This document shows, piece by piece, positions 60,924-64,000 of a DNA stretch of 64,000 nucleotides. Source of the stretch: Klebsormidium nitens (taxonomy: Eukaryota > Plantae > Klebsormidiophyceae). The notes beneath the pieces are model-generated. The model had not been told where the DNA came from, searched no databases, and saw only the letters and a program-made list of their open reading frames with translations. Position numbers and translations under genes: made by a program. How positions within the stretch are numbered: position 1 is the stretch's first letter; each line of letters opens with the position of its first letter. The DNA is taken from assembly GCA_000708835.1 (NCBI GenBank), contig DF237362.1, positions 1 to 64,000 on the forward strand, read 5' to 3'.

Positions 60924-61460
60924 CTCGCTGATGGCCCGAAAGTGGGGGTTGCGTGAGGGCCATCGAACCTCCTCCTACAAGCATACGCTATGGTGTCAAG
61001 GCGAGTCCCAGGCGGTAAGTGTAAGTCAAGTTCGGCTCCAAGCGTTTTGATGACCCTGATTCAGTTCCGAGCGGATTCTGTAAGTGATTAGCTGGGGAGC
61101 GCTTCCCAGAGAGCTCTGCCAGGCTGCATTTGGTAACTTTACCCGCTTTTGAGCCAATTACAGGAACAAACGTTGGAAGCTACTCTGCGCACTGATGGAC
61201 TTCGCTGACTCAAACAGACTGGCCGCTGGAACTCTTGGTGGAGACGGAAAGACAGCCAAAACCGATTGGATAAGGACCAGTCCTGCGGTCCTGCGGTCCT
61301 TCTCTGGTTGCTGAAGGAGTAAGTCGTCGTTGGAAGTTGCGCCAGGTCTTTCAAGGTGTTTAGGGAAGCAGCACATGGGTTCCGACAGCTCTTGGACGTC
61401 ACAAGCGGGCCCCGTTCCAGTCAATATCTTCTCAGAACGTTTAGCAAGTGAAGTCCTATT

Positions 61461-61988
61461 TCATATTTTTTGCTGGACGGCGTCACCACACCTGCAGCCG
61501 TCACGCTTTCAGATTGATGCCAGCTGTCACCTACCCGCAATCAAAAGTCAGGGACCCTTGGTTGAGACTGCTTGACGCTTGACTCTTCCTGATGCCAAGT
61601 TCGTCATGTGTCTGACGAAAGCTACTTGTTTGAAAGGAACGCAGCCTCACCTGTCGGGCAGTGGAGGGTCGTGAAGGTCTGCCGCTTTCTGGTGAGTAAG
61701 AAGTAGACGTTGGAGAAGAGCTCCGTTCATTGACCTGAGAGGCAGAAAGAGCAGCTTCTTAGAGCCAGAACATTATTGCCCTGCAATGAGAACCTGTCAC
61801 TGCATGAGCATCTACATTTATGAAGAAAGCAGACCGCACCGTAATTGCTAGAGCGCAAGCGTTGGCGAAACACTCACATATGGTTCTGGGGTTTGCAGCC
61901 ACTTGGTAAAGTTCTCCCCCGTCTCTGTAGGCGCATTGCTGCTGGGGCTGTCTTCTGTCCCGTCCTCCATGTCTGGACCAAGACCTCC
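61461..61988 (-). CDS. Probable 3' exons of an unidentified gene extending toward the right end
   Basis: Exon-like segments 61988-61878 (GGLGPDMEDGTEDSPSSNAPTETGENFTKWLQTPEPY|gtgag), 61688-61651 (KAADLHDPPLPDR|gtgag) and 61491-61461 (stop) are phase-consistent. Upstream exons unresolved. Confidence 0.35.
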
Positions 61989-64000
61989 CTGCACAGAGAA
62001 CGAAGATCAACGAATTGCTTAGATCTCTTACCGTTCGAGATCTGCCACCACTATCCACAATGTTTTTGACACAAATCTGTCTGGGACTGAATTCACCTCA
62101 CTGAAAGAGTAATCTTTAGAAAAACAATTCATCCTTAAGCATCTCCCAATTAATAGCTGGCTTTGGTTATCCGAAACTCCCACTTTGTGTCAACGGCAAG
62201 GGCACTCAGCTTTCCAGGCAATATTCAGCAAGCTGCCGGCTGACGGGCAGCCGACTTATTTGATGGAATACTTGGATGCAGCTAAGATCTGCTTGAGTGT
62301 GGCAGTTGAAATCCGGTGAAAAGCAAGCAACGTCATTGATCTCAACATTCAGGGCGGGTAGCATTGCGTGATATTGGCTCCAAATGTTAGAGGCCATCCA
62401 CGTTTTCTTTTTGTACTTCCAACGGATCAAGAGAGCCTTCTTGGAGATGATGCAGCAATCAGTGCTGTCCACGCTACTTTGAAACTGGGAGCTAGCTTGC
62501 TCAATGCTTAGAAAGTTCACAACCTCGGTGGGCACCAAAATAAGGAAGTAGCAGCTCCGAATGCTCGCTGCATTACCTCTGCCAGGAAACACTTCTAATA
62601 ATTACTATGAATGAGCAAGGGATTGCCTTTCTATGGGTATAGGCAGAAGCCAGCATTGCACCGTTGATCTGAAGAAAAAGTATGCCACAGCTATCCACCC
62701 CCAAAAGCCCAAAAAGCAGAGCAACTGCATCAGGGTGAAAAGCCCACAAGCTTTCTCCTGCCCCAGCTAACTTTTGCAGACTGTCAATCTCTGGTGGTCC
62801 ATTCAATCGTCACAGCTCACCTTCCAATAAGTCTATGGTCAGCTGTAGGTGCTCATTTGCCGCCTATTAAGTAAAGTTCCGACACAAGTTGACCTTGGCG
62901 CGCTGGACAATATACCATTGCACTCTCGCGGAGAAAGGCAGCTCTCCACCTCGATCAACGAGAACTTACGACATCTTCAAAAGGTAAGAAGGAATTTGAG
63001 ATACTACTGTAGGAGTAGATACGCACGATCACTGCCTCTTCCGATGGGCCGTTCTGAGCTCCTTGTTTTGGTGAGTGGGTGATTCTTTCCTCTAGTGCAC
63101 AGTGCCACAGAGCCGAGCATCGGTCAGAGACCGCCAATTTCGCTTTCCTCGGTGACCTATGCACTCTCCTCTCCCCGTGCACGCAAGCAAGCTCAGTACA
63201 AGCTCTTGTCTCTTTGCTGCTTGCAGCTCTTCGGACCACACCATGATGATAACCATAAACTCTAATAGTAATAAGGATCTTAGGTACTGAAAGTACTCAA
63301 TTTCTCGGCTTAACCAACACTAAAGCCCTAAGGACAAGATGACCTGCTCCGCACCCGAACCCACCCTAACCACCAAACTAACCCCACCCGTACTCGTGTA
63401 CCTTAAGTTCCTTATTACTATTAAAGTTTATCCCTATCCATGATGGTACATCAAGACAACGTACCACAATACTTGGACCCCATTCTGCTGGCAACAAGCA
63501 CCTACCTACTGCTCCGCTTTTGTCATTGAGTGCTTGTCTCCATTTCTGCGCCTGTGGCCCAGACTGGGTGGGCTGGCACAGGCCAGACTGCTGAACTGTG
63601 GACAAAACCCCCGTTTACCTACCACGAATTCAATGTTTTTGGTGCGCGCGCGCCGATTGACCAATCAGGTTTGAGCCGTCGATGCCCGTGCCAGTGGAGC
63701 TGGGCAAAATTACGCTTGCCGTATTCACACTTGGTTTTTGGCGCTGATTGTTTCTGCAGAAGGCCCTTACTAGTTCTCTCTTGCCTGAAGGACCTGGCAA
63801 GCCGCTTGCTGAACTTTGCCAGAAGGTACAGGGGCAAAGGTATTCAGCTTAGCGCGAGAGGTGGAAGGAGAACTGGAAGAGAGTTGCAAAGTCAAGTGGT
63901 GATTGGAGAATCTGCAGTAGTATCCCAAAAGTCCCACTAGGATTGGCAGTTCCTTCGCATGCACCAGCTGGACCACTGTGTCTAGTCCATACAGCTGATT

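Overview
Eukaryotic, intron-rich genomic DNA with GC-rich exons. It is probably from a streptophyte green alga such as Klebsormidium (inference from plant-type ECA3 and NCL genes next to a flagellar outer-dynein-arm docking-complex-like gene). Exon models were built by hand from GT/GC-AG sites and phase consistency. Left to right: a repeat-rich tract with a TIR element (1-2.4 kb); a low-complexity protein gene crossing a 20-N gap (4.1-8.2 kb, +); two head-to-head bestrophin-like paralogs (9.5-14.2 kb -, 18.7-23.3 kb +) separated by a GTAC-rich TE relic and a Tc1/mariner-type MITE; an EF-hand Na+/Ca2+ exchanger-like (NCL) gene with an unusual plastid/thylakoid-like presequence (24.8-33.6 kb -); a DUF4470-like + MYND gene with two frameshifts (34.0-39.1 kb +); an intact P2A Ca2+/Mn2+-ATPase ECA3 (40.8-52.3 kb -); a CCDC151/ODA-DC-like coiled-coil gene (54.1-60.9 kb -); and exons of an unidentified gene at the right end. 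Most notable signals: (i) introns filled with decaying tandem copies of their own splice-site/exon junction, with a mean period near 146 nt in two independent ECA3 arrays and similar echoes in other genes; (ii) a possibly thylakoid-targeted NCL; (iii) a 1-nt intron shift between the bestrophin paralogs; (iv) four ion-transport genes within about 43 kb. No tRNA, rRNA or CRISPR array was recognised.
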